From Zancudomyces culisetae HAW-14-8 (lineage: Eukaryota > Fungi > Kickxellomycota), in the NCBI GenBank assembly GCA_052426225.1, contig JBNJNM010000015.1:620001-684000 (forward strand): DNA of 64,000 bases, read 5' to 3'. Positions 47,451 through 60,752 of the stretch are shown here, in pieces. A model generated the notes under the pieces. The model was not told the DNA's origin, did no database searches, and worked only from the letters and a program-made list of their open reading frames with translations. A program made the translations under genes and the position numbers. Position 1 is the stretch's first letter. Every line of letters begins with the position of its first letter.

Positions 47451-50040
47451 ATGTTTTCTAAAAAAGGTAAAACAATACTACCCGCAAAAAAACTAGTAAG
47501 TTGTCACTTTTTCTTGCAAATTATACGTTTACATTCTTAATTTTAAAAAAACGAAAACTACAGACATGCGGCTCTAAAAAGAAGGTCAAATAAACTACTA
47601 TAGGCTCCAAGAAAGACAAATGAGGAACTTATAAACAACATACTATCCTCTATGGAGGATATTTACAATCTTAAAGGATCCACACTCTCCTTCGAGGAGC
47701 TATATCGCTCTGGGTATACACTGGTTCTGAATAAGCAGGGTGCGGTTTTGTATAAAAATATTGAAAAGAAAATTGGGGATCTGATTACACGGAAAAGGCA
47801 TGAGATTATAGATACAAATTTTGTTGCGTTTGAGGAGAAGCTTAGTGTGGAAAGAGGTATAGAGTACCTGAAAAGGATGAAAAGGCTATGGAATCTGCAT
47901 ATTATGAGTGTAAAGATGATTAGGGACGTACTGGTCTATTTGGATCGAGTATACATCAAAGCGAATAAATTACAAAGTATATACGAAGTTGGGCTTAGTG
48001 TTTTTAAAAGAAACGTGTTGTTATCCAAAACAAAAATGCTGAAAGGAGAAAGGGAGGTTATAGAAGTTATAGCTGAGGTCTTTGCGGTGCTTATTGAGCA
48101 CGAAAGAAGGGGAGTAGTAGAGCTAAACAGCACTAATATGAAGGGGATTACAGAAATGATACAAGAGATGTCAGGTGGAACTATAGCCAACATGTTTGAT
48201 AAACAATTCTCTCCAAAAATATTAGAGCAGTCGAAAAAGTACTATGAGGAGTATTCTCAAAAGCATACTACGAATTTAACTACGCTTTTAGAGTATTTAA
48301 AAGACGTGGAGGGTAGCATTACTAAAGAGCAGGTTAGAGGAGATGGGTATTTAACTGAGGGACTCAAAGAACGAGTGATCGAGATAACGATTAATGAGTG
48401 TATCGAAACTAAAGGCAAAAGTATACTGAATAAATATACCAAAGAGATACACGAATATTTGCAAAATAACTGTACCGAGGAATTAAGCCTGATATACAAA
48501 GTATTAAAACTAGAGAAAAGCAAAAGTTCGGTTGCCCAGTTAATAGACATAGTAAGGATGCATATAATAAGCATACCCCAAAAGCCAGGCGGTCCAAGGG
48601 AGGGTGGTGTGAGTAGTGGAAAGAGTAAAAATGAAATGTTAATAAATGAAGCAATCAAATGGGTCGATCACGTTATTGATATTTACAAAAAGTATACAGC
48701 GATTGTGGAAGTGGGGTTTGAAAAAAATGTGCAGTTTCAGAATGCAGTGTACAAGGCTATAGTGACAGTAGTCAACGAAAACAATCGGGCGCCAGAGTTC
48801 ATAGCTGTTTATATTGATTATTTTATCAAAAGGAGCTTAAGGGAAACTGTAGAAGAAAAATATTTAAACCAAGCGATAACTGTATTTAGATTCCTGAATA
48901 GTAAGGATAAGTTTGAGCATTATAGTTGTTTGTATTTATCAAAACGGTTGCTTACGATTACAATATGCGATTACGAGGTTTGGCTTATAAACAAATTGAA
49001 ACAAGAGTGTGGTTCCCATTTTACGCTGAAAATGGAGGGTATGCTCAAAGATATCCGAGTATCCAATGATTTTAGCATTGAGTTTACCGAATGGTTATCT
49101 CGTGAAAATACAGATCAAATACCGAAAAAGAAAAACATTTTGGATGTTAAGATGCTAACGCATACAAACTGGCCTGTGGATAGCTCAACTTTTGATGGAT
49201 TAAAATCAGTTGCATTGCCTCAGGAATTGTCACCTTTATCCAATAGGTACCAGGAGTTTTATTTGGGGAAACATAGTGGGCGGAAACTTATATGGCTATA
49301 CAATCAGGTAATCTTCATTTATATACATAGCGTACATATTATGGCAATATTAGTAGCATATACCTGCTATAGTAACTTTATAAATACCGCAATGTATCAT
49401 AAAATTTTGCTAGGGGACAGCAGAGTTAAAATTGAACTACCTCAAAAAGGGAACGTACGAAGTGGTTGTGTCCACATACCAAATGCTTATTTTGATGTTA
49501 TTCAACAACAAGACTACACTACAGTTAACCTATAACCAAATTAAAGACCAGACCGGGATTTCAAGTGATATTGACCTCAAAAGAAATCTACAAAGTCTGG
49601 CGTGCCTAAAACATAAAATCCTTCTCAAAAGCCCTGATACTAGCCGCACTGTACTCGAAACCGATGAGTTTAAGTTGAATTTACAGTTTTCTGCACCAGT
49701 CAGAAAACTACGGATTCCTTTGATAGCTGCATCAACTGCTGATTCCTCAGCGGCCTCCAATGGCGCATCTGTAGGGCTAAACTCCGAGTTTGATGAATCT
49801 GAAGTTGACAACAAGCTGATTGAACAGAGGAAATACCTCATAGATGCTGCCATAGTTCGCGTTATGAAGCACAGAAAGCTTCTCTCTCATAATAGCCTTA
49901 TCATTGAGGTGACTTCTATCCTTAGCGCCCGCTTTCTGCCAGATCCAGCACTGATCAAACAGCGAATTGATTCCCTGATTGATCGTGACTACATTGAGCG
50001 TTCAACTCAAGATCGATCTGTTTATTTGTATATATCCTAA
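47451..50040 (+). CDS. CUL3: Cullin-3; exons 47451-47495, 47604-49307, 49414-50040
   Basis: LSFEELYRSGYTLVL, IRDVLVYLDRVY, KDKFEHY, KLKQECG, KHSGRKLIW, LKRNLQSLAC, neddylation motif IDAAIVRVMK, LIDRDYIER; first exon less certain. Confidence 0.92.
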
Positions 50041-50223
50041 CACAATATTTTTGCTTTCCATTCTATAAAACTCTTATATTGTTGTGTCTCTTTGTAACCA
50101 TGCGTGTCAACCTAAAATAAATAAGTAAAATACATATTATATTGGTGTTAAAAGATAGACTCCCTATACTCTGTAATTTGATCTGATATTTTTTGAAAGA
50201 CATGGTTTATGTATTAGTACTTT

Positions 50224-51214
50224 CTAACCGTTTCTGAACCATACCATTTTTTCCAATCCAGACTCCACATATCCCACTTTTTTAACCTTCTTGTTTGCTA
50301 TTTGTACTTGTATCTGCCCAAGCTTTCGCTTCCGCTCATTTGCTTCTGTGCTAGTTACACTGGCACCACTTCTGTTGTGTTCGAGATCTTGTTTTATCAT
50401 TTCGACTGCCTCTTCTATCAATTTCTTAAAACTTGCTTGTACTTCTTTTTTGACTTTGTTGATCTCGTTTGCTCCAACCTCGATTTGCTCTGCTAAATCC
50501 TGCACCTTTACAACATTCTAATTGTATAAATATAACCATAGATATTTACCGAATGATACCCCTTTAACAGCCCGTAGTCACAAAAAATACACATTATAGT
50601 CAGCATCACGCTAAAACGCTTTGGAATATTAAATTTACCTTTTTTACACCATTTACCAGCAATAAAAACACTGCTGCCTCTAAAGCACAATCTTCAGCAA
50701 CAGCTTTCTTTCTCCTATACTCGCCAACTATGTTGCGAACATAACTGTCCATTCTGGCCTCCATTCCTACTCCGATTCCATACTTTATGCTCAGATCTTT
50801 GAAATCTACCTTCTTTTCATATCCCAATGTTTGTCTCACTGCAACCAGATTTGTTGTAAAGACCGCTTGTTTATACCCACTAAGTTTCACCAGCGTTTTT
50901 GTATCAAGTTTTGCCCTACATCTATAGAAACAAGAATTTTACATTTATTTGGTTTCTTTTTTGTATTTTAATCCAAGAGTGGTCATAAATACAATTCATA
51001 AAAAAGGGTAGTCAAGGAGAAAATCTCCCATTTACTTTTCGCAGGCTAGTAAAACAGATATTGGGCCGATTAAAACACTAAGTTCTTTTTTATTTATTCG
51101 ATTTTGCTTTGCCCTTATTTGACTGTGTATCTGAGCACTCAGTTTCAGCACTTCTCTGGCTTTATCCGAATCTAAAACGACTCTGTCTATCAGATTTTCC
51201 AAGACGTTATTCAT
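50224..51214 (-). CDS. ORC6: Origin recognition complex subunit 6-like; exons 51214-51036, 50921-50639, 50517-50224
   Basis: Three short ORFs join in frame through GT-AG introns; LACEK..KLD..LVKLSG....F.....V...LG and DLSIKYG patterns resemble the Orc6 TFIIB-like fold. Confidence 0.7.
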
Positions 51215-53235
51215 TTCGATGCTGATTTCTTCTTATTCCAAGGTACCCTTTCTTTGAAACAAAGCTATGTATTATTCACTTTGTAAGCTAAGGATATTTT
51301 TTTTTGACTGGTAAAACCAAAGCCTGCTTGATGTTTATTTTTATTTACAGCCCGATTAGCGAGATGCTATAGGATGTTTTTGTTATTGCAATCATGAACA
51401 AAATGGAAAACAGCAGGATAATGGGGTAAAAAAAAAAGTTGTCATGACAAACTCAGTACTAAGAGATTTCAGAGGTGCTTTGCTTTGAGTGCAGTTACTG
51501 TTCTTTTTACTATTGGAGCGAGATTTTAGTATACTCGTCACGCTGTGCTAAAACAGTATATCATGCAATATTTAACACGTTATCGACTAATGTGCATACT
51601 TTAGCTTTAACACATTTAATACAATTTTATTGCTGGGTGACTCCTTAATAGATTTGTAAACTTTTTAAGATTGTACTAATGGTGGTGGGGGGTTTTTTTT
51701 AAAAAAAAGTGATTATCTAGTCCATTGAAGTAAAACTAAGAGGGAATATTTTTAATCAGCAGTAAAAGATGATGAGCCGTCACATTGTTGCAAAAACCCG
51801 GTATCCACAGAAATTGAACGTATAAAATCTTATACTCACTAATATTACTGATTCGATATATATAACTATAGCTCTTTTCTATTCCTTTTTGAGAATGAAC
51901 TCCTCACAAAAATATATCAGGTAAGCCCACACCTCCACACGCAGCTAAAGTCAATAAATAGGAAAAAAGCGACAAGATGAATGTTTATAATGCGTGAGGT
52001 GGTGAGTAACTGTAATAGTAAAAGAACTGTTGGTATCATTGATTGTGATTTATGGGGTACGTACTGAAAAATAACATGCTGATCAGTAAAGCTACCAGAT
52101 ATTCCAAGTATTCTTGTCTATATATTATATTTGCTTGCATTTACTTTTATTGAAAATTTAAATCTGCTTTAACTTACACACTATTATTGCAATTTAGAAA
52201 GTTAACTTGGTTATTAATTGGGTGTTACACGGAATTCATATCACAAATAATGCTAAAAATATCATTTTTCTAAAAGGCAGTTATCTCGTTGCGTATAATA
52301 CACATAATATAAATGTAGCAGAAAGTGAGCATTCAAGGAATAATGGTCCAAAAAGCTGGAGCATTTTTGTGGATAAACGCTCTATGAATAATGTTCATAA
52401 GTGGAGAGGATGTAAAAATGTCACTCACCCTAGAACTATGCGGAAAAGAATTCTTGTTTTTCCGTATCATACTTAGCGATAAGATTTGACAGTAACAAAA
52501 AAGGCGAGACTCCATTTATAGATTTAGGTGAGAGGAACGTGTATGTTTTTTTTTGTTTTTTTTTCAAAAGCGCTGGTATTCTCATTTTCAAATCAAGACA
52601 AGAATTCCAACCTTGTAGTCCGGCCTTATTAAAAATGAAGTGCGCAATATCTATTATTGTTGTGGTCATTGTTCTACCTGTATATAACTGTGTTTTTTTC
52701 TTTTTTGGAGTTATTTTTTGGTTGGGCATACATATTCTATTCTGAGATTTTTAGTGGTTATAATAAATCGAAAAAAAGATATCCCTATTTAAAGAATTAA
52801 AGAGGGTGTTGTTCAACTAAAATTGAACTAATTAACCCAGAACTTAATTGTTTAAAACGAAAAATAGCATTGTATTCTGTTGAATAATCATCTAGACCAA
52901 ATTGCTAACAAATACAGTGTGTTTTATAGAGCTTGCACTGAGGACCTGAAAAAAAAACAAAATATTTCAGACATCCTGAACGGAGATATGAATCATTTTT
53001 GCCATTTTTTTCATTCCTGATATAAAAAGCATCTACGCTTTAAACATGGTGTTTATATTTTTACTTTGTTCATTGAATGTTGGAGTGCATTAGGAAATAA
53101 AAACACTAAAATATTCAAATGTATTTGCGGTACCGAGATACTTTTCATTGATATATTGCTACTTTGCTACACATGAAATTGTAATAGATAATTTTATTGC
53201 ATATTACGACAGAGTCAAGTACAGAAAAGCGTGAG

Positions 53236-53362
53236 GTAAGTAGAAATTGGTTACATATGCTTATTTATGTGTTATACCTCCTACAAAAACTAGTTGGTGC
53301 TGAAGCTTTAATACAAAACGCTAATTATTATAATAAGCCGTTTTATTATACTATTTACATAG
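53236..53362 (+). other. Probable 5'-UTR intron of the CAF120-like gene
   Basis: GAG|GTAAGT donor, GCTAAT branch-like site near 53320, ACATAG acceptor 55 nt before the ATG. Confidence 0.55.
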
Positions 53363-53417
53363 CCAAAGAGCGAGAAGAATAAATAATAAGGAAAGGGAAA
53401 AAAACAAAAAAAATAAA

Positions 53418-56400
53418 ATGACGGTAGGAGGAAACGCAGTTAAGCTTATGTTTGATTCTTTTCAAACAAAAAGTTATGTTGATGGCTTAATAAGCATCAA
53501 GAAAGAACGAGAAGAGGATGGGAAGGAAGTCAGTAAAAAGAAATGGATCCACTGTTATGCAGAGGTTGTTGGTCTAAAAATACTGTATTGGAACTTTGAA
53601 AACCCCTTGTTGAGTAGATACAGTAATAAAATAAAGCCCTTACTCAAAACAAAAAGAGATGTCAGCTATGACCAAGTCAACGAGATTGTAAACATGGTCA
53701 AGAGTGTTGTTCCCATTGCAGAAGAGATAAACATCTCAGAAGCTGTGTGCTCTGAAATCGGAAGGCTAAAAAAGAGGGATGGTCTAGTAAAGTTGCAAAC
53801 GGGTGGAAGTGCTGAATACCACATATATACAGGAAGCGAAGCTGGAATGCATGACTGGGTATTAGCAATTCGGCTATCAACTTTTCAGTTGGGATGTATT
53901 TACGAAAACTATACCCTTGGTGTTATAAAAGAAAAGTACCCAAATCTGTTGAGCGGCAAATATGTTGATATCAAATACACTGTTAAGGCCAGGCTTGGAA
54001 ACAAATGCGAATGGAAAGAAACGGAACTGGAGATAGGTATCATTGGACTTCAAAACAAGTGGGAGCTAAAGTTCTGGAGACGTGTTGACAAAAACGCCAA
54101 AAAGAAAAAAAATCTGTCTAGTACAATTTTTGATGTAGAAGCTCTGGACAACATTTATGCCATTTTTTCAGATAAATCTACAGTTAACAGCGCAAATCAC
54201 CCTATGTTGAAAGTGGAGGGACGTTTTGTTGATAGATCTGAGGAAAAAAACAAAAAAGAGGAGACATGTGACTCACTGTTGATCTTGTTCGACAACTCTG
54301 AAGAGATGTTCAACACATTTCTTAGACTGGTTCGAATATATAATCTGTATGGGTTTCCTCAAATATTTGCACCAAATGTTAATATCATTGGGAAAGAGAA
54401 TCTGATTGATATTGAATACTTTAAAGGGCACTATATTGAGGTAATGGAGCAGGAGAATGCACGAAAAAAGATTCGAAGTATAGCTCGCAGCCTGGTAAAT
54501 GGTGAATTGGTTGTGCCAGTAGGAACTAATAGTAGGCAATTAAACGGTCTAAAGGAGCAACTTTCAAAATTCCATACACCCGTAGGTGAAAACTCTCAAC
54601 TAAGAATGGAACAGTCTCTGTACGACAATAGAAACAAAACCATTAGGCATAAGCTAACCTCAGGAAAGTTAGGGTTTTTCTTTTCTAGAAAAAAGAGTAG
54701 GCCTATGCAACCATCACAAGACGATGTTCATAATTTCTTTGATCAGAAGCCTGTAGAGGTATTTCAAAGTAAACCCATAGAAAACAATCCACCCTTCGAG
54801 CAAAAAGATTTCAAAATACCCGAACAAGACACAAAAAAACTTGGGCTTCAGAGCATGGTGGATATCTTTCCTAATTTTGAAGCGAGTGACACATTAAACA
54901 TTGAAAGTATGATGAACAAGGTTAGCGTGATGAATCTTGGAGACAAGCCATCTACTGAAAATGGTCTTAAAAAACAGGTGGATGGTAGTGCTACAATAAT
55001 CAAACCTGTAACCAACATACATTCTGGCAACAAGGATGACTCGGATTCAGAACCGGATGTACCTCTATCTACAGTGTTAACAAACACTTTTGGAAAGAGT
55101 GATGGGAAAAAAGCTAAACAAAACGATTTAACGCAGTTTACATATGATAACTTGGATGCGATAACAGCCAATGCTGATCTTATTTTAGATAACGACGACC
55201 TGAGCATTCCTTACAACAACAATGGATATAACTCCAAGCAATCTGCTTTAAATAATTGCAATAATCCAGTATATACAAACCCAGGTCAGTTTGGTCAAGG
55301 AAATATGGCAATGAACCAAATAAATACAAATAGCATGATTATGAACGGTATGGATATTTCAGGACAAAGTCAAGCAGGCTATGGTGGTGTCAACACTAAC
55401 AGTATGGTTGGTATTAATGGGTTTGATCAAAGTATGGCAAATATTGCTGGTATGCAGGCTATGAACGATCCACAGCAAATGTACTCAGGAAACGGTTATG
55501 GAAACCCAAATCCGATGAATCCTGTTGAAATGGGCGGCCAAATGAACTCAAACATGTATCCCATCAATGGTGGGTACGACCCAGCGTATGGGGATATGAA
55601 CGTCGGGTATGATGGGATGATGCATCACCAATCCCAAGACACAGCCATGCTAAATAACAGCTACCCTGGCGGTTTACTTGGTTTAGCAGCCTCATACGTA
55701 CCAAAGACCGAGAATGTATTAGGATTTCCTGTTCCTGACGAGGATATGGGCGGACCGCTAATATCAGTTCAAAAGAAAACTGACACAATGCAAAACCCTG
55801 CAGGTCTTGTAGCGGCGATAGCAAATAGGGAACAGCTAAAAAGCGATCAAAAATATAGGGATTCGGGTAGTTTAATGAGAGGAAGGCAAATAAAGAAGAT
55901 GGGCGAAACATATGGCACCGTTTCTGGAAAGAGTTCTAGGCTTGGAATGTCTTCCAGTACATTTAATCAAAACGACGATACAATGTCTGTTGTTGGCGGA
56001 TATGCTAGCCAAACTCTCGGTCCAAGGCCTGCTACTTCAATGTACTTCCACGAAAGTCCACATGCAATGAACGAAAATTTAGGTGGGTCGGTGATGAATG
56101 GAGGAAGGCCTCTTTCGATGAATGTCAACAGTGCGTTTGGTGGAAGCGTTGCAAATCTTTCGGCCTTTGTGCAAAATTCAGGGATAGGCCACTCGCGTTC
56201 GGTGCTCGGATACCATACAAATCACAACGCAATAGATGAAATGGGTGTGTCTGGTGGTAGTTATGAAGGTTTTAGACCGCGAAGTAATATCTATGGACCT
56301 TCAAATTCATTTACAAATCTACCACAGTCGTTTGGAATACACGCCAACGGAGGGAGACCAGTTAGCGGAATCCAAAGTATGGGAGGACCTGGATTTAGAG

Positions 56401-57083
56401 GATCTACAGTCGGGGGGAAGTTAGGGGGTTATGATGGTGCTAATCGCATGTCGATTATGTCTTCAGCTGGAATGGGCTACCCAAACAATCGACTTAACCG
56501 TTCTTCCCTTGTTTTTAATGGAAATCAACCAAGCGATCAAACCCTGAATGCTTCTATTGGAAATATCAATGCAGGCTATGGGATACAAAACCAACAGTTT
56601 TCAGAGGAATTTCCTATGAATGCCAACCCTAACAGAATGTCTAGAGTTACTCACGGGTTTGGTCAAAACTCTGACTTTGCGCCCATAGGAGGTAATAGAG
56701 GTATCCACGCACCACATAATGCTCCAGTATTTAACCAGCACCTAAACAACAGGAATTCGACTGCCTTCAGCTCACAGCTCAAGCAGTCAAGCAGCCTCAA
56801 CTCGCCGGTATATCAAGATTTTATGATTGATTTGACTATAACGCAAAAAGTAGCGCAAAATTTTGAGGCATTTTTAGACAAGTGTGTAGATTCCAAGCCC
56901 TATTCGGTAGTAACCATGTCTGATGTATACTCGTGCTACTCAAGGTTCTGCCTGAAAAATGGACTTACAGAAGAAGAAAGGCCCAATATTGACCAGTTCA
57001 TCAAAATGCTAAAGGTTGCTGATTGGACTCCAAAGGAGAATAAGGAAGGCGAAAGCTCGTATTACAATATGATTCTTGTATAA
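53418..57083 (+). CDS. CAF120: Caf120/Skg3-like PH-domain protein with long disordered region and C-terminal winged-helix-like domain
   Basis: WIHCYAEVVG..ILYW PH domain; DWVLAIRLSTFQ...IYENYT; ARLG...WK; IYNLYGFP; GLVAAIANREQLK motifs shared with the Caf120/Skg3 family. Confidence 0.75.
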   Translation: MTVGGNAVKLMFDSFQTKSYVDGLISIKKEREEDGKEVSKKKWIHCYAEVVGLKILYWNFENPLLSRYSNKIKPLLKTKRDVSYDQVNEIVNMVKSVVPIAEEINISEAVCSEIGRLKKRDGLVKLQTGGSAEYHIYTGSEAGMHDWVLAIRLSTFQLGCIYENYTLGVIKEKYPNLLSGKYVDIKYTVKARLGNKCEWKETELEIGIIGLQNKWELKFWRRVDKNAKKKKNLSSTIFDVEALDNIYAIFSDKSTVNSANHPMLKVEGRFVDRSEEKNKKEETCDSLLILFDNSEEMFNTFLRLVRIYNLYGFPQIFAPNVNIIGKENLIDIEYFKGHYIEVMEQENARKKIRSIARSLVNGELVVPVGTNSRQLNGLKEQLSKFHTPVGENSQLRMEQSLYDNRNKTIRHKLTSGKLGFFFSRKKSRPMQPSQDDVHNFFDQKPVEVFQSKPIENNPPFEQKDFKIPEQDTKKLGLQSMVDIFPNFEASDTLNIESMMNKVSVMNLGDKPSTENGLKKQVDGSATIIKPVTNIHSGNKDDSDSEPDVPLSTVLTNTFGKSDGKKAKQNDLTQFTYDNLDAITANADLILDNDDLSIPYNNNGYNSKQSALNNCNNPVYTNPGQFGQGNMAMNQINTNSMIMNGMDISGQSQAGYGGVNTNSMVGINGFDQSMANIAGMQAMNDPQQMYSGNGYGNPNPMNPVEMGGQMNSNMYPINGGYDPAYGDMNVGYDGMMHHQSQDTAMLNNSYPGGLLGLAASYVPKTENVLGFPVPDEDMGGPLISVQKKTDTMQNPAGLVAAIANREQLKSDQKYRDSGSLMRGRQIKKMGETYGTVSGKSSRLGMSSSTFNQNDDTMSVVGGYASQTLGPRPATSMYFHESPHAMNENLGGSVMNGGRPLSMNVNSAFGGSVANLSAFVQNSGIGHSRSVLGYHTNHNAIDEMGVSGGSYEGFRPRSNIYGPSNSFTNLPQSFGIHANGGRPVSGIQSMGGPGFRGSTVGGKLGGYDGANRMSIMSSAGMGYPNNRLNRSSLVFNGNQPSDQTLNASIGNINAGYGIQNQQFSEEFPMNANPNRMSRVTHGFGQNSDFAPIGGNRGIHAPHNAPVFNQHLNNRNSTAFSSQLKQSSSLNSPVYQDFMIDLTITQKVAQNFEAFLDKCVDSKPYSVVTMSDVYSCYSRFCLKNGLTEEERPNIDQFIKMLKVADWTPKENKEGESSYYNMILV

Positions 57084-60000
57084 CTCTGCGACAACCTGTG
57101 CATATTTTGATTTTTTTATTTTATTTAGGTATTATATTGGAAAATGAAAAATTGCTTGATATTATCACTCTTACGCTAATAAATTATTTCTCTTTGATTA
57201 CACATTAGGCAATCAGATGGTTATTCGTATTTTAGGATGCTGGTATAATAAATGAAAATGGCTTGACTAGTTTTAAGTTTGTGTTTTAGATTCATTTGAT
57301 GTCCTCGTATCTCCTGGTCCCACATACCTCATTTTAAAACTTTGACTAAAATAAAATCAGCCACATGGATGCACGATAGTAGATCTTTCAAGTCAATAAA
57401 AATCTTTTGTGCAACTATACCAACTTACACAAAAACTATTTGGAATGTACGCTTTGTTTGCGAGTTTACCCCCTCCTCCTCCTCCATTTTACTTTAATTT
57501 TTGTTTCAGATGTTTTGCAAATGAGAATTAATTGGCATGTATAAAACACAAAACATCAACATCACAAAATATCATGCGAGTGGGCCTTTTTTAATATTGT
57601 TATGTATGCATGTACTAACAAATTTAGTAACACAAAAAGTTAATAACATCCAGACTAGCATCTGACCAAAACAGAGGGATTCGAAACGCACTTTGCCTTG
57701 CCCACTATTGTCTATGAGAACCATAATTACACAGCTTTATGTTGATGAGTACAAAAACATATAGGTGGGAAACAGTGTGTTTTTGTGTCGCCCTCCCCTA
57801 TTTCTTGACACTAAAACACATTTAGTGAGAAGGATAAGTGGGTAAAATACGCATTTGTATAAAATCGATATATGTATAGTAAACAACAACGGTACATGTA
57901 GCCTTGAAGATAAACGTGAGGATAGGTAAGTTGGTACATTCTGTGTGAAGGTTAGATCAAATATTTTTGCTGAACTTCTTGAGTAATGCGGCTGTTTTCA
58001 AACAAATTTTCTGTTGAGCGAATTGATGAAATGAAGTGTGCACTAATGCACACAAAGATAAAAAGTTTTATATACCATGAATATGTCCTGGGAAAGAAAG
58101 ATAGAGGGTGGGATTAATGACGCATTAATTGGTGCAGTTGAAAACAGGTACCATAAATAGTGAGTACAACTAGTAAGTGTAAGGAGGAGGGGGGAGAGGG
58201 GGGGGTTGATGTTTATAGAGCTGTTTTATCAATATATATACTATTCGAGTGCATGTGAAAACTAAGGAGTGAAGGGATTGGAACCATATGTGAAAGATTC
58301 GATTTTACTTTTTGATTTCTCTTTTGTCACTGCTGTTTGGTTAAAGAGTGAAATTGTGTCTGAGAACCCATGAACAGGTGGTCTTAGCAAAGCTAGAGAA
58401 AATACAACTGATTTCCTTTTTGAGTGCAATAGTATGATATTCTCAACCAAATACTGGGTTTTGACTATTGAATGTGACGGGAATATATCTAGTTTATAAC
58501 AAGAGCAATCAAAAATCGGTATTAAAAATATATTTGGCATTGCAAGTAAGAAACGTCAGTCTGGTATACAGTATGTAGTGGAACAAAGAGTGACAAAATA
58601 CATGATATAGTATGCCTGTTTACTAGAATCCGGCTTTTCCATGAGGTAGGAGATCCGGTCGCAAAATATCACTAAAAGATGTGTTTTCTCCCCGAGAAAA
58701 AAAAAAAACTCTGGTAACAGATGTTTCTATCAAGAAATAAGTTGTATTTGACACTTATTATGACGCATTTATGAGTACACTAGTGCAAGTAAACGAATAG
58801 AAGTTTGGCTTGTCCAATGGGTAGGAGTGAGAACATTTGTAAAAGCAGCTAAAAGCGTTTTTATTCCAGAAAGAGGCGAAAGGAAAAGGATGATTGTAGT
58901 AAATTTTGGAAAGTTCAAATACTGGTTTAGAAAAATAGTATATTTGGAGAATGCTTATGACTAATTTAGCAAGTTTCACTATAATTCACGGGAAAAAAAA
59001 GCTTGTAATTGAATCGATAGATGAGATTGCTCCGCCTCTAATTAAAATGCGTAGAAAAAAAATTAGCTAAATGGGGGAGGTGGGGGCAAAAATAAATAAA
59101 TGTAGATTCTTCTGGGAAAGTGGCAGAAAAATCGATGCTTAATATTGTTAAAATCCGGTATCACCGTATTATTATCGATAACACCTAATGATTCTAAAAA
59201 AAAAAGGTTGAAGATGTATTATAGGTAAAACACCAGAGATTTACAGTTTGTTTCTTAGTTTTTTTTGGGAAAAAAAAATGCAGAGACCATGTTAAATTGG
59301 TGGAAAAGTAAAAGGGACTAAATTAGCCAAAATTCTGCGTGATTAGTTATCATTTATTTGCAAAACATAAAACGTGTAAGTGGAAAAGGCAACTAAACTA
59401 TTAACAGCAGAACATTACAGCAATAAACACAATGATATGCCGGAAGGGGTGGAAGAAGGGGGGGATGAGATGTGAACGATATCGTGAAAATAGTGACATC
59501 ATTATTCAAACGCGACATCTTGTAATGTATAGACGAAGGGGGGTACACATCTAGTCATAGTTGAATCTTTGAAGCGTAAAGAAAAACAATGTTTGTGCCT
59601 GTTACATGTACCAAGCGAGGGACGTGTTACTCTCTTTTTTTGCATTTACAAAAAATTTTTAGTGTGATTTGAGTAGCACCAAACTTTGCTGACTAACAAC
59701 AAAAGCAAATTAGCGATACTGTTACTATTCGATAAATGGTGAAAATTAGATTATGTAACCCTCGTAAAATTGTTTTTGAGATTTGGCGTTTATTTCATAT
59801 ATGAACACCAACCAGCAACCTAATAGACCAGTCACGGATTGGAAATAGCAGAGCATTGAGATTTGGTTTTCTACTTTTCCAATTACACCATATCTAAGGT
59901 TATGTAACTTGATAAAGTACAGTCGAATAAAATGAAAGCGATGCTGCTACCATCGTGACTACTGGCCATATTTTTAGTTACGAATTTATAATACTCATCC

Positions 60001-60752
60001 ATAATTTTGTAACAATTAAAGGAGTAGTTTTGAGAAAAAAACATAAAAAAGCGAACTAGTATTGGATAATCAACAGAAACTGTGAATACAATAAAAAAAC
60101 AAGAGAATAGGGGAAGATGGTGGCGGGTCTGGAGAGAGCAAAGTCCAAGTAATCATAAAAAAATAAAAAGTTCCCAAAGCTAAAACCAAGAAATCCTTTC
60201 ATTTGTTTTTTTTCCTTCTAGACCATCAAAGATTGAGAGTCCAAGAGTAAATGCGTTGAATTGAACCTTCATCTGTTTTTACGAAATAGAGGCCTTTAGG
60301 ACATTCGAATTTTGTTTTCAAAATTCGAATTACAAAAATATAAGAAGCCTCTTTTCCGCTTAAAAAAAAACAGAAAAACCTTGAACCATGTTACATATTC
60401 TGAAATCAAATTGTTGAAATATCATTTTTTGTTACTCTTTATATTATATCCCACATTATTGTATCAATGCTAAAATAGGCAAAGTGGACAGGAGCTTTGT
60501 TTTTTTAAATAATTTTTATACGGTTATTTGTCTTTCATAACTTCCAAAAAAAAAGGAAAAGAATCCACCCCATCAACTTTCGAATTAGACGTGTGATAGT
60601 AGTATTTGACAACAAAACTAAAGCTGTACTACAAGAATAATAAAGTGGTTAACACTAGAAGTGGGACGAGATAAAATAAAATAAGATAACTTGGAGTACA
60701 AGGAAACATAGAAAAGAGGCATTAACAATCCGAACTTTCAAACTAAATAAAG

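Noticed and set aside
47564-47584. Possible CUL3 micro-exon after an upstream CAG acceptor
   Set aside because: The following intron would be ~19 nt and read-through meets TAA; acceptor at 47603 gives a clean frame
42655-50040. UBC7, CUL3 and the F-box-like ankyrins as a ubiquitin gene cluster
   Set aside because: F-box proteins use Cul1, Cul3 uses BTB adaptors and Ubc7 acts in ERAD; unrelated genes intervene
57673-57745. B-box-like GTTTCGAATCCC on the minus strand suggesting a tRNA
   Set aside because: Could not build acceptor, D or anticodon stems
58252-58261. CATGTGAAAA UAS-INO-like site upstream of the bHLH gene
   Set aside because: Single copy 2.5 kb away in AT-rich DNA; expected by chance
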